Shown here one piece after another: positions 13,400 through 25,085 of a stretch of 64,000 nucleotides of DNA. The notes under the pieces were generated by a model that did not search any database, had not been told where the DNA came from, and was given only the letters and a program-made list of their open reading frames with translations. A program made the position numbers and the translations under genes. The stretch's first letter is position 1; every line of letters begins with the position of its first letter. Source of the stretch: Squalus acanthias (taxonomy: Eukaryota); NCBI GenBank assembly GCA_030390025.1, contig JASTWF010000035.1, positions 1,550,001 through 1,614,000 on the forward strand. Reading direction: 5' to 3'.

Positions 13400-14291
13400 G
13401 GGGGAAAAATTAGGTCGCGCCCCATTTGGGGCGCAAATATCGTCTGGACGCAAATATTAGTGCCTGGCGCTAATTATCGGCACTGACTGGAAACTTCACT
13501 TTTACCGCCCCGGGAGGTGAGTGGAGCGCTAAAGCAGGCGCTGCACACCTCTCTTGGCGCAAAGGCCGAGCAGTGAGGCGCTAACTCAGAGCGCTGGCGA
13601 AGCTCATGTAATGTCAGTCAGCAATGGAACACACACACAATGGCACGGGCCAGTTCTTAAAGGGGATGGTTAATCTTGCTTTCCATCCACATCCTGTTCA
13701 TTGCAGCCTTGAATCTCGGCCTGGAGAGACTTGCACATCAAATGTGCTGGAAAGAACAATGGAGAGTACCAGGCAAAGAGCTCAGAGTGCAGCTCCCACA
13801 GTCTCTGCTAAATCGATACAAGGAATGGCAAATCAAAATGAACCTGCAAAGTGCTGCTCAGTACCCAAAAACTCCTTCACACAACGTTGAATCTCTCCAG
13901 AAGTCTCTCCCTCTCTCTCTCAGAATGCGTAGTTCAAAAATGCCACCAACAATAAAAGACAGGAAGAGGCCCCCTTTAAATAGCGCCCCCCCCAGCCCCA
14001 CAGCGATTGATAGCGTTCCAGTCTTCTGGTCGTTGGATGCGCCAGGCGGTAAGGCAGGGAGCGCCACTCAATTTCCGCTCCGGGGCGCCACAAGGGCGTT
14101 GCACCATGGAATGACGTCACAATCTGCGCGCGCAGGTGGTCGCAGCAGTAAAGTTTAGCACCGCCGCACAATCTCTAGTTAAGTTCCCGAGCGGCGCAAA
14201 CATCGCTGCGCCCGGGCGTTAGCGGCTTTGCACCCCATTAGCGCCCTCTTAAGGCGCTAACGGGAGGCGCGACCAACTGAATTTTTACCCC
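13400..14291. mobile_element. Harbinger-type MITE, copy A2
   Basis: TIRs GGGGGAAAAATT / AATTTTTACCCC; TSD AAG; near-identical to 3572-4465. Confidence 0.9.
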
Positions 14292-14632
14292 AAGCTCTTC
14301 AAAAATCTGTGAGAACCACGAGTCAACAATCCTGCAGATGTGAAAAAAAAACAACTCTCTCCAATCCTTGGATGTCTGGCCTTGGTTAACTAAGTGTCAA
14401 AACAGATAGGAAGAGAGAGAGAGAGAGAGGAAAACATGAATGCTATGGGCGAGTTGCCAAGTTTTGGGGTATAAGTGTTATTGGACACTAACATTCGGGG
14501 CTATAGTCGATGGCGACCTGGTCAGTTGCCAGTTAAAGTTAGCCATACGTCTATCATCATTGAATTGACCTCTCATCTGGTGAATAGTAATGTATGTGGT
14601 TTTGCTTATAATCACCTGAGCTTAAAGTAAAT

Positions 14633-15344
14633 GGGGGAAAAATTGGGTTGCTTTGCGCCTCCCGTTAGCGCCCTAAGAGGGCACTAACAGGGCACAAAGC
14701 AACTAGCGCCCGGGCGCGGCGCCGCCATCGCCTCCCGTGAAATTCAGCGGGAGGTTAGTGGCGGCGGTAACTGGTAGTGCCCCGTGATGCTGTGCCACCG
14801 GCAATGACGTCATCGCCGTGCACAGCGCCCCGCTCGCGATCTTCGGGAGCGCCCCCTGACTTACCGCCGGACGCTATGACCGACGCGGTCAGGGGGGCCT
14901 ACCTGTGGCCGGGGAGGCGCTAATTAAAGGCAAGGTGCAGGGCGGCCATTTTTGTTGCTGGCCACCTGCCAGCACCTGCCTCCACCCCGTCCGCGGCCTC
15001 CTTACCCGCTCCCCCGTGGAGTGCTGGCTGCGCTCCATGAGCCCGGCACTTCTCTTGAGTGCCAGCCTCTTTTGCTGGCACTCCGATCCCCGGGGGCCCA
15101 GCTGGGCCCCGGGTCGCACTGCGCAAGGCCCCTCCCCTTTAAGAAGGGGAGCAAGGCCTGCAATACCGCGGCACGTAGCACCGCGATATTCCCTCGCAGC
15201 ACCCCAAGAGGGAGGTGGGGCGCTTCCAGTAGCGCCCCGCTTCCCTCTTGGGGCGCTACCACTCAATTTCCGTCGCGGGGGCGCTAAAAGTAGCGCCCCG
15301 GCGAAGTTAGCGCCACAAAGGGGGCGATACTCAATTTTTAGCCC
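14633..15344. mobile_element. Harbinger-type MITE, subfamily B (opposite orientation to A)
   Basis: TIRs GGGGGAAAAATT / AATTTTTAGCCC; TSD AAT; the left subterminal region is the reverse complement of the right end of family A. Confidence 0.88.
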
Positions 15345-15509
15345 AATGATTTTCGATACTTGCTTGTAATAAGTATATGAATTGAGTAGTTTGTATTCTG
15401 GTAATTACTTGTAACCTCTTGTTGATTTTTAAGTAAAAGAAGTTTCACAGATTCATTGGGTTTTGTGTTGTCTGTTACACGGGTCTGAACTCTACAAACT
15501 GTCAGACAA

Positions 15510-15705
15510 TCAGCACATCTTACACTATAGAGAGCATCAGTGAACTCCCTTATGCAGCAGTGTACTGCAAACTGCGAGATGTTGCTTATATCTCCAGTAG
15601 CAGACTGGAAGGAGCCAGATGCATAAAAGTTAAGAGCCACGGTCACCTTGACAGTCACAGGCAATGCTATCCTTGCCCTGCTTTGAGGTTGCAGTTGTGG
15701 CTGCC
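15510..15705 (-). pseudogene. Harbinger nuclease, N-terminal part of copy 1
   Basis: ALPVTVKVTVALNFYASGSFQSATGDISNISQFAVHCCIREFTDALY; continues into 8721 when the ERV is removed. Confidence 0.85.
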
Positions 15706-15939
15706 ACTGGGGTAGCACTGCGACAGGGAAAGGCATACTGAAGACAGGCACTTAGGGAATGCACAAGTTGACTTTTGAATGAAATATTGTAATAGTTTGA
15801 TTCATAAAAATGGTTTGGAATGTTTGTTTTGTGATGGCTTTATTGTAGCATTCTAGCCAAGAGGACGCTGTGATGGTCAGTAACAGAGGGAAGGTAAGGT
15901 GAGGGACTATTGCTGAATGGGCAATTGGGGTTGCGGTCA

Positions 15940-16845
15940 CTGGTACTGCAGTTGGATGATTTGATCACGGACAGCATGGGTAGAAAGGGGTTGTCTGGGT
16001 TACCTCCTCCCTTCCGCTTCCTCCTCTTCTACTTCCTCCTTCTCCTCTTCCTCCTGCTCCTCCTCCTTCTCCTCTTCCTCCTGCTCCTCCTCCTTCTCCT
16101 CTTCCTCCTGCTCCTCCTCCTTCTCCTCTTCCTCCTGCTCTTCCTCCTCCTCCTTCTCCTCAGCTGGTCTCTGTATGCCTGGTGGCAAGGACTGTGCCCT
16201 CATGATGGCGAGGTTGTGCAGCATGCAGCAGATCACGACAAGTCTTGAGACGCACTCTGATGAGTACTGCAGGGCTCCTCCAGAGCGGTCCAGGCAGCGG
16301 AAGTGTTGTTTAAGCACCTCAATGGTCTGCTCGATCGCATTCCATGTGGCAGCATGGCTTTCATTATATGCATGCCGCCCACATGTGGTTGGGTTGCGCA
16401 GTGGAGTCATGAGTCAGGTGGTCAGCCAATAGCCCTTGTCGCCCAGTAGCCACCCACTGGTTTGTCGTGGTGGCTGAAATGCTGATGGTACAGCGGACTG
16501 CCGCAGAATGAAGGCATCATGGCTGCTGCCAGGATACCCAGCATTGACTTGCACGATGCGCGGAGTATAGTTGCACACCAGCTGGACATTGAGGGAGTGG
16601 AATCCCTTCGGGTTGTGGTATATTGCCGAATTGAGAAGCGGTGCCCACAAAGTGACGTGTGTGCAGTCAATGGCACCCTGCACCATGGGGAAGCCTGCTA
16701 TCCTGGCGAAGTCGTATGCTTGCTCCACCTGGCAAGAGAGAATAAAATGTATTCAGCTCTCCTTGCATACAGAGCCTCACTCACCTCCCTTAGACAGGAG
16801 TGGATGGTGAACTGGGAGATGTTACAGATGTCGCCTGCTCCAGCA
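15940..16845 (-). pseudogene. Harbinger DDE nuclease, copy 2
   Basis: AGFPMVQGAIDCTHV, KGFHSLNVQLVC, YPGSSHDAFIL, WLLGDKGY, IEQTIEVLKQHFRCLDRSGG, CCMLHNLA. Confidence 0.9.
16015..16161. repeat. 24-bp / CCT-based repeat encoding the poly-Glu tail (EEEKEEEQ)n of nuclease copy 2
   Basis: Repeated CTCCTCCTCCTTCTCCTCTTCCTCCTG-like units. Confidence 0.85.
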
Positions 16846-17199
16846 AGTAGATGATGATCCCTTTAAATAGTGCTGGTGGAGGGTCCTTCCTGCTGCTGAA
16901 CTCATGTTCAGCTGTGCGAGGTTAAGAGAGGGCGTTAGCTCCAGCGTTGAGGTTGAAAATGGAAGCACTGGTGTCAAATCAGTGTTACATGCTGATTGAC
17001 ATCACAATCTGCCTACTCTGCATACTTACTGCGCAGCTCCCAGCACCGACGCTAATGCCCTCACCAAAATGCTGTTCAGCACCACCTGCACCAGAAGTGG
17101 CGTGCACTGCTCGGACGCCATTTTCAAGCCAATTCAGCACCCGTAGCACCCAAACAATGGGTACTGTGCAACCAAAGTTTTTAGCCCCTTGAGTGTTGA

Positions 17200-17530
17200 G
17201 TCCAATCAAACTCTTGGGTCTCTTTCAAGCTCATTCTTAGCGCTCACCTTCATCCATGGAGCATGTGTGACGTCCATTTTTCCTTCTATGTGCAGCATTT
17301 TACACATGTCTGTATTAAATTTTGTCTGCCATTGTTCTGTCCATTGACATATCTCGTGCAACTCACTCTGTAGTTTCTCAGCTGATTCCACTGCCGCTCC
17401 TAGTTTGCGAGTTTCTGACCACTTTGTATTGAGCTTACAAACCAGGTAATTTTATGTCAATCAGAAAGAGCAGTGCTCCCAACACCAAGCTCTGGGGCAC
17501 CTGACAGTACCACACCCCACCCTGACACAA
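17200..17530 (-). mobile_element. Old CR1/L2-type RT remnant
   Basis: VPQSLVLGALLFLI; WTEQWQTKFNTDMCKMLH. Confidence 0.65.
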
Positions 17531-17681
17531 CTCCTCCAAAACACACTCATTGTTGGCTGCGTCCAATTCCACCATGTCGTGGAAAGAGCAGATTCTTATT
17601 CCCACAGACGGAGGACAATACACTCCCAACCCTTTGTGTACAAAGTGTAATTTGATCCAGTCTGCTGTAAAGTAATTCAAG

Positions 17682-18003
17682 AGGCCTGTCACATTACCTG
17701 TCACATTACCACCTCCTCTTGCCTTGAATATCTCTTAATGTCTCTCAATGTCTCTTAATCTCTCCTGCCTTCTATCCTACCACTGCCCTTCCCTTTTGTT
17801 CTTTCATCCCCTCCCCCTTTTCCCAGCATTATACTTGCTTTAAATCTATTTCATTTCCTGCTTTTTTCCAGTTCTGATGAAAGGTCTTCGACCTGAAACG
17901 TTAACTCTGTTTCTCTCTCCACGGATGCTGCCTGGCCTGCTGAGTTTTTCCAGCATTTTCTGTTGTTATTTCAGATTTCCAGCATCCGCAGTATTTTGCT
18001 ATC
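17682..18003 (+). mobile_element. Penelope-like element 3' fragment
   Basis: Homologous to the region downstream of the GIY-YIG ORFs at 38.5-39.2 kb and 47.8-48.5 kb; flanked by the direct repeat GTAAAGTAATT (17667, 18004). Confidence 0.8.
17870..17906 (+). ncRNA. Minimal type I hammerhead ribozyme motif
   Basis: AGTT-CTGATGA-A-AGGTC(TTC)GACCT-GAAACGTT-AACT: stem I, catalytic core, stem II and palindromic ACGT in place of stem III. Confidence 0.8.
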
Positions 18004-18238
18004 GTAAAGTAATTTAAGTTCTCTGCAATGTTTTCTACCCATCAGCCAGTTTCTTATCCATTCGCAGGATTTAAATTGAATTCTCACAGCTTTCAGTTTC
18101 ACTATTCAAACAACTATCCAATTCCCTTTTAAAAGCATTTATGGACTCTGTTTCACAACAGTAGAAATTCTTTCTAACCTCCATTTTGATTCTTTTTGTG
18201 ATTATCTTAAATTTGCACCCTCTCATAATCTCACTGAT

Positions 18239-21155
18239 CAGTGGCAAACATTTAAAGAAATATTCCAAAATTTTCAATGAATATACATTCCATTGAGAAA
18301 TAAAACCTCCACGAGAAAAGTGATCCATCCATGGCTAACTAAAGAAGTTAAGGATAGTATTAGATTAAAAGAAGAGACTTAGAATGTTGCGAAGAATAGT
18401 AATAAGTCTGAGGATTGGGAAAGCTTTAGAAACCAGCAAAAGATGACCAAAAAATTGATAAAAAGGGAGAAAATAGAATATGAGGGTAAACTAGCATAAA
18501 CTATAAAAAGAGATTGTAAGAGCTTCTACAAGTATGTAAAAAGGAAGAGGGAAGCAAAAGTAAGCAGTTGGTCCCTTAGAGGCTGAGATAGGAGAAATTA
18601 TAATGGGGAATAAGGAAATGGCAGAGACTTTGAACAAATATTTTGTATCTGTCTTCACATTAGAAGACGCAAAAAGCACACCAAAAATAGTGGGGAACCA
18701 AGGGGCAAGTAATTACTATCAGTAAAGAAAAAGTACTTGAGAAACTAATGGGACTAAAAGCTGACAAATCCCCTGGACCTGACGGCCTACATCCTAGGAT
18801 TCTAAAAGAGGTGGCTGCAGAGATCGTGGATGCATTGGTTGCGATCTTCCAAAATTCCCTAGATTCTAGAACAGTCCCAGCGGATTGGAAGGTAGCAAAT
18901 GTTAATCCGCTATTCAAGAAAGGAGGGAGAGAGAAAACAGGGAACTACAGGCCAGTCAGCCTAACATCAGTAATCGGGAAATGTTGGAATCCATGATTAA
19001 GGAAGTGGTAACAGGGCATTTAGAAAATCATAACATGAATAGGCAGAGTCATCATGGTTTTATGAAAGGGAAATCGTGTTTAACAAATTTATTAGAGTTT
19101 TTGAGGATGTAACTAGCAGGGTAGATAAAGGGGAACCAGTGGATGTAGCATATTTTTTATTTCCAAAAGGCACTCGATAAGGTGCCACAGAAAAGGTTGC
19201 TATGCAAGATAAGGTCTCATGGGTTTGGGGTAATATATTAGCTTGGATAGAGGCTTGGTTAAAGGACAGATTACGGAGAGTAGGGATAAACAGGTCATTT
19301 TTAGGTTGGCAGGCTGTAACTAGTAGGGTGCTGCAAGGATCAATGCTTGGGCCTCAGCTATTTACAATCTATATTAATGACTTAGATGAAGGGACCGAGT
19401 GCAATGTATCCAAGTTTGCTGATGATACAAAGCTAGGTGGGACAGTAAGCTGTGAGGAGGACACAAAGAGCCTACAAAGGGATATAGACAGGTTTAAGTG
19501 AGTGGGCAATAAGGTGGCAGATGGAGTATAATGTGAGTAAATGTGAGGTTATTCACTTTGGTAGGAAGAATATAAAAAAAATATTTTTTAAATGGTGAGA
19601 AACTATTAAATGTTGGTGTTCAGAGAGATTTAGGTGACCTCGTACAGGAAACACAGAGAGTTAGTACAGCAAACAATAAGGAAGGCAAATGGCATGTTGG
19701 CCTTTATTGCAAGGGGGTTGGAGTACAAGAGTAAAGAAGTCTTGCTACAATTGTACAGTGCTCTGGTGAGACCACACCTGGAGTACTGGGCACAGTTTTG
19801 GTCTCCTTATCTGAGGAAGGATATACTTGCCTTAGAGGCAGTGCAACGAAGGTTCACTAGATTGGTCCCTGGGATGAGAGGGTTGTCTTATGAGGAGAGA
19901 TTGAGTAGAATGGGCCTATACTCTCTGGAGTTGAGAAGAATGAGAGGTGATCATTAAAAAACATAAGATTCTGAGGGGGATTGACAGGGTAGATGCTGAG
20001 AGGTTATTTCCCCTGGCTGGAGAGTCTCGAACTAGGAGTCATAGTCTCAGGATAAGGGGTTGGCCATTTAAGATGAGAAGGAATTTCTTCACTCAGAGGG
20101 TTGTGAATCTTTGGAATTCTCTACCCCAAAGGGCTGTGGATGGTGAGTCGTTGAGTATATTCAAGGAATAGATAAATAGACTTTTGGGGGGAAAAATTCG
20201 GTTGGTTAGCACATCCCGTTAGCGCCTCCGGGGGGCGCTAGCGGGGCGCTTGGAACTAAGCGCTTGAGAGCAGCGAGTTTAGCGCCGCTCGCGAAATTGA
20301 CCAGTCGTTTTGCGGCGGCACTAAACACTACCGCCACGATCTCCTGCGCCCGCAGATCGTGACGTCAGTCGAGCGTGCAACGCCCCGGTAGCACCCTGGA
20401 CCGGATATTGAGTCGTGCCCCCTGCCTTAGCGCCTGCAGCTAGGAACGACAGGTAGAGGGGAATGTTTTCAAGTTGGGAAGGGGCTGGGGAAGCGCTATT
20501 TAAAGGTGGGCGCTACCTGCCTTTTCTTATCGGCAACATTTTTGGTGCACGCAGGTTGAGGGGGAGAGAGATGTCTGGAGAGATTTAACGCTGTCCTAAG
20601 GAGTTTTGGTCCTCAGCACCACTTTTGAGGTTCCTAAGCGCTGAGCTCTTTCCCTGGGCCTATCCATTAGTGTTTCCAACACAATTGCTTTCGAGGTCTC
20701 TCCAGGCCGAGATTCAAGGTTTCAATGAGCAGGGAGTGGCTGGCCAGCAAGATGGCCCCTCCCCTTTAAGAACTGGACGGCGCCAGTCTGTCTGGCTTCC
20801 ATGGTAACGGACATCGCCTGAGCTTCGGTAGTGTTCTGAGGTAGCGCCTCGCTCCCACACTTAAGAGAGGTATGTAGCGCTTGATTTAGCGCTCAAATCA
20901 CCTCCAGGGGCGATAGAGGTGAATTTTGCAGTCGGAGGCGATAATTAGCGTCGGGCGCTAAACTTTGCGCCCAGCTGATATTAGCCCCAAAATGGACGAT
21001 ACCCAATTTTTCCCCTTGGACTCTAGGGGAATCAAGGGATATGCGGATCGGGCGGGAAAGTGGAGTTGAGGTCGAAGATCAGCCATGATCTTATTGAATG
21101 GCAGAGCAGGCTCGAAGGGCCATATGGTTTACTCCTGTTCCTAATTCTTATGGTC
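18239..21155 (+). mobile_element. 5'-truncated decayed CR1 LINE, interrupted by a MITE at 20187-21015
   Basis: RT motifs ([25 protein letters not shown]) and a CR1 3' UTR at about 21020-21155. Confidence 0.9.
20187..21015. mobile_element. Harbinger-type MITE, subfamily C
   Basis: TIRs GGGGGAAAAATT / AATTTTTCCCC; TSD TTG; removal restores the CR1 3' end. Confidence 0.88.
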
Positions 21156-21419
21156 TTGTGGGCATTGCTGGCAAGGCAGGCATTTATGGCCCATCCCTAG
21201 TTACCCTGAGTTTGATACGAATCAACCACATTGGTGTGGAGCGCATAGTCCAGACCAGGAAAGGACGGCAGGTTTCCTTCCATAAAGGACATTAGTGAAC
21301 CAGCTGGGTTTTAAATGACAATCCTTCATGGTCACTTTTACTGATACCAGCTTTTTATTGCCATTCTTTTTAAACTGCATTCCAATTTTCCAACTGCCAT
21401 GGCGAGATTTGAACTCATG

Positions 21420-22315
21420 GGCCGGAATTTTAATCGGGAGGTTGGTTGGGAGCCAGGCGGGGCTCGGAAATAGTTGCGGAACACGGGAGAACGGGTTTCC
21501 CACAGGCCTTGCCCAATTTAATGGCAGGGTCTGATTTGAAACCTCTGTTTCCCACCCGCAGCCAGCCAGCTGGAGAGGCCTGTGGCACTAGGCCGCAGAG
21601 AGGACGGAGGGAGGGATCGAGTGGGGGCCGGGGTGATCGGGGACCTGAGGCATTGAACATCGGGAGCCCGGGGGGTGATCGGGGAGGGGGGGGGAAGGGA
21701 GAGAACATTGGGGCCAGGGGAGTTATCGGGGAGGGGGGGGAAGTGAGAGAACATTGGGGCCGGGGGAGTTATCGGGGAGTGGGGGAAGGGAGAGGACATC
21801 GGGAACCAGCGGGGGGGGGGGGGGGGCGATGATCGGGGAGGGGGGGAAGCGAGAGAACATTGGGGCCGGGGGGGCGGGGGGGGGTGATCTGCGGGGGGGA
21901 TCAGAGGCCTGGAGGGGGCAGGTGGAGGATCGGAGGCCTCGTGGAAGGTCTCCGATCACGGGTGGTGGGTTAGGCAGCGAAGGTGGATCCAGGAGGTAAG
22001 TGTAAAGGCACGTACCTCCTGGATCCAGCAGTCCTCGCCTTCCATTAACTGTCGGGTTTCCCGAGGCCTGCGAAACCCGGCCAGCCGCAGTTAAATTTAA
22101 AATGCAGGATAAATCTGAAGCACGCCTGCTTCATTATAATATTTAAATGGCTGGCCCGCCTCCTGGGAGCGGGTGGGCTTTCCGACCCCTCCCGCCTCCA
22201 TTAAAACCTGAGGTGGGTGGGTTTGGAGGCGGGTTCTAGTCGGGATACGGATTTTTAACACTTTAACTTCTCACCCGACCCCAATCCACCCATTTTTTGG
22301 GGTTAAAATTCCCCC
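21420..22315. mobile_element. TIR element (probably Harbinger-type MITE) with an internal G-rich tandem repeat
   Basis: GGAATTTTAA / TTAAAATTCC termini; CATG duplicated at both junctions (3-bp TSD register ambiguous); interrupts a SINE-like sequence. Confidence 0.7.
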
Positions 22316-22467
22316 ATGTTCTCTGGATTATTAGTCCAGTAATAGAACGACAACATTTCTGTACCCTGGGTGGATTGGAGGATTTAAACCATTGCAGCAG
22401 ATGGGGTGGAACAACAGGCTGGGTTGAGTAAATGCAATCAGACAGTAGACCCTGTCAGAATAATTAC

Positions 22468-22577
22468 CTGTGGCAGTACGGCTACACTCCGCTTCCGTTT
22501 CCCTGATAAAACATGTGGGACTACGAACTTGTAATCCTTGAGTTCTTCAAAGAGCTTTTGCTGGCTAAATCGATCTC
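22468..22577 (-). CDS. Host exon: start of an ADAM-family metalloprotease prodomain
   Basis: 110-bp exon with acceptor ttttcaaacag and donor gtaatt, phase 1 to 0. Reads (G)DRFSQQKLFEELKDYKFVVPHVLSGKRKRSVAVLPQ, matching the ADAM L..Y.vv.P..L...RxKRS pattern. Confidence 0.8.
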
Positions 22578-22684
22578 CTGTTTGAAAAACATGGGGAGAT
22601 TTAATGGCATTTCGACAAAGATCAGCTCACAGTGTTTATGTTATTTGACAGGCTGCACAGTTACAGTCTGCAATACTGAGATTT

Positions 22685-23815
22685 CCCAGCACCAGCACCA
22701 ATACTGGGGCCTCCCAGCTCCAGCAGGCCCCAGCACTGGGCTCTCCCAGCACCAGCAGGCCCCAGCACTGGGATCTCCCAGCACCAGCAGGCCCCAGCAC
22801 TGGACTCTCCCAGCTCCAGCAGGCCCCAGCACTGGGCTCTCCCAGCACCAGCAGGCCCCAGCACTGGGCCCTCCCAGCTCCAGCAGGCCCCAGCACTGGA
22901 CTCTCCCAGCTCCAGCAGGCCCCCAGCACTGGGATCTCCCAGCTCCAGCAGGCCTCAGCACTGGGATCTCCCAGCTCCAGCAGGCCCCCAGCACTGGGAT
23001 CTTCCAGCACCAGCAGGCCTCAGCACTGGGATCTCCCAGCTCCAGCAGGCCTCAGCACTGGGATCTCCCAGCACCAGCAGGCCCCAGCACTGGGCTCTCT
23101 CAGCACCAGTAGGCCCCAGCACAGGGCTCTCCCAGCACCAGTAGGACCCAGCACTAGGCTCTCTCAGCACCAGTAGGCCCCAGCACTGGGCTCTCTCAGC
23201 ACCAGTAGGCCCCAAGCACAGGGATCTCCCAGCACCAGCAGGCCCCAGCACTAGGCTTTCCCAACACCAGTAGGCCCCAGCACAGGGATCTCCCAGCACC
23301 AGCAGGCCCCAGCATAGGGATCTCCCAGCACCAGCGGCCCCAGCACTAGGCTTTCCCAACACCAGCAGGCTCCAGCTATGGGCTTTCCCAGCACCAGCAG
23401 ACTGCAGCACTGGGCTCTCCCAGCACCACCAGGGCCCAGCACTGGGCTCTTCCAGCACCAGCAGGCCCCAACACTGGGATCTCCCAGCACCAGCAGGCCC
23501 CAGCACTGGGATCTCCAAGCACCAGCAGGCCCCAGCACTGGGATCTCCCAGCACCAGCAGGCCCCAGCACTGGGATCTCCAAGCACCAGCAGGGCCCAGC
23601 ACTGGGATCTCTCAGTACCAGCAGGCCCCAGCACTGGGCTCTCCCAGCACCAGCAGGCCCCAGCATTGGGATCTCCCAGCACCAGCAGGCCCCAACACTG
23701 GGATCTCTCAGTACCAGCAGGCCCCAGCACTGGGATCTCCAAGCACCAGCAGGGCCCAGCACTGGGCTCTCCCAGCACCAGCAGGCCCCAGCATTGGGAT
23801 CTCCCAGCACCAGCA
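22685..23815. repeat. 32-bp minisatellite (CTCCCAGCACCAGCAGGCCCCAGCACTGGGAT)n
   Basis: About 35 visible units; period measured between 22745 and 22777. Confidence 0.95.
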
Positions 23816-24250
23816 TCCTGTGCAGTGAAGTAAATCAGCATGTGATGTTAAACTTGGTGAAGGGGAGACCAAGGGAGAAAGAAATTCTAATTTTGAGATC
23901 CTGGCAAAGAATGAATTTGAGCAAGAGCCAATACAATGATTCTGATCTCAACACAGTGCTGAAGTAGGGAGGAGGAGTCCTTTAAGAGGTTTGACAAGTA
24001 CCTGAGGGAGGAGGACATTGTGCCGTATCAAGAGAGAGGGAGTGAATCAGTTACATTTACCTAGAGATGCATCATGAGTTTATGGAGAAGAAGAGGAATT
24101 TCCCGGAGGGTTTTTGCTCAAAAAGGCCCCATTTGTGTGAAGAACTTCTTGGCATCGACAATCTTGAGATCAATAGATTTTTGCTGAACAAGGGTATAAA
24201 AGGATATGGAGCCAAGGCAGGTGGATGGAGTTAGGTCACAGATCTATGAT

Positions 24251-24501
24251 CTATGATAAATTGACCCTTAGTGTTAGGGGGAATTAAATACGTGGGGTTA
24301 CGGGGGTAGGGTGGGATATGTTAGGGGGAATTAAATACGTGGGGTTACGGGGGTAGGGTGGGATATGTGTACTGTGGGGATTAAAGCAGGGACAGGGTAC
24401 TGGATTTGGATGATCAGCCATGATCGTATTGAATGGCGGAGCAGGCTCGACGGGCCGAATGGCCTACTCCTGCTCCTAGATTCTATGTTTCTATGTTTCT
24501 A
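24251..24501 (+). mobile_element. 5'-truncated HE1-type SINE inserted in a CR1 3' end; includes a 47-bp tandem duplication
   Basis: Matches the 3' half of the SINE at 51064-51499; (CTATGTTT)n tail. Confidence 0.8.
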
Positions 24502-25085
24502 TCAGCCATGATCTCATTGAATGGCAGAACAGGCTCGAGGGGCTGAATGGCCTCCTCCTGTTCCTATCACTCCTAAATTAGCCTTCCATGAATTCCATTG
24601 TCCCACTGTCAACAGTTTAACTTGAAGCAATATTCCAGATTTACCTTTTCTATATTGTTTGCTAATTCATATCCCTGTGTAAGGTCACTTCTCACTCACC
24701 TCCTTGCAAGACTGTTCCCACTTTCACTCCCACTTTCCTACATTAGATGTCTTCCTTGCTTTAAGAGCACCTTTCTGGTTTTGTTTCAGATTTCCAAAAT
24801 TTGCAGTTTTTTTCTTTTTTATTTGTGATGTTTAATAGCTCTGCTATTTCCTCATCCCCCAATTTCAGTTTCTCATGTTTCTTGTGGTCCAATGCTTTCA
24901 CCCTTTCTTTACACTGGATACCTCAAAACTCTTCGTTACTGGAAATGTTTTCTGAAGTTTGATGTTCCTTTCTATATTTTCCAAGCCTCACTTTCTTGGA
25001 TTGATATTTGACCAGTCCTCCTCCTTACCTGTTGTAAGTATTTTCTGCTTGTTCCTTATACTATTGTTTACATTACTATTTAACT

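Larger units (their letters stand above)
8740..15479 (+). mobile_element. Internally deleted endogenous retrovirus (5' LTR remnant, leader, integrase, env, 3' LTR) with foamy/loki-like env
   Basis: TGTAACACTGTC(C)ATGGTAAACTTGA(A/C)TGAATCT occurs at 8740 and 13262. Integrase and env remnants lie between. The insertion splits the Harbinger nuclease frame (8721 / 15510). No gag, protease or RT was recognised. Confidence 0.8.
13262..15479 (+). repeat. 3' LTR of the ERV (about 0.6 kb once two MITEs are removed)
   Basis: Starts TGTAACA after purine-rich GAGGGTGGA; ends in the inverted TGTTACA (15473-15479), preceded by AGTAAA (about 15432) and a GT-rich tract. Confidence 0.7.
6430..17189. mobile_element. 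Decayed autonomous Harbinger transposon complex (Myb/SANT gene plus convergent DDE nuclease), split by an ERV and partly duplicated
   Basis: Myb-like ORF on +, HARBI1-like nuclease on -. The right end TTTTTAGCCCC at about 17179-17189 resembles the MITE TIRs; the left end is eroded and approximate. Confidence 0.75.

Noticed and set aside
15338..16845. Domesticated HARBI1/NAIF1 host genes
   Set aside because: Stops, frameshifts, deletions, an ERV insertion and a TIR-like end indicate dead transposon copies.
22513..23841. Repeat ORFs (PAPAGPST / CWGLLVLG)
   Set aside because: 32-bp minisatellite. The plus-strand ORF starting at 22513 overlaps the likely real exon on the opposite strand.
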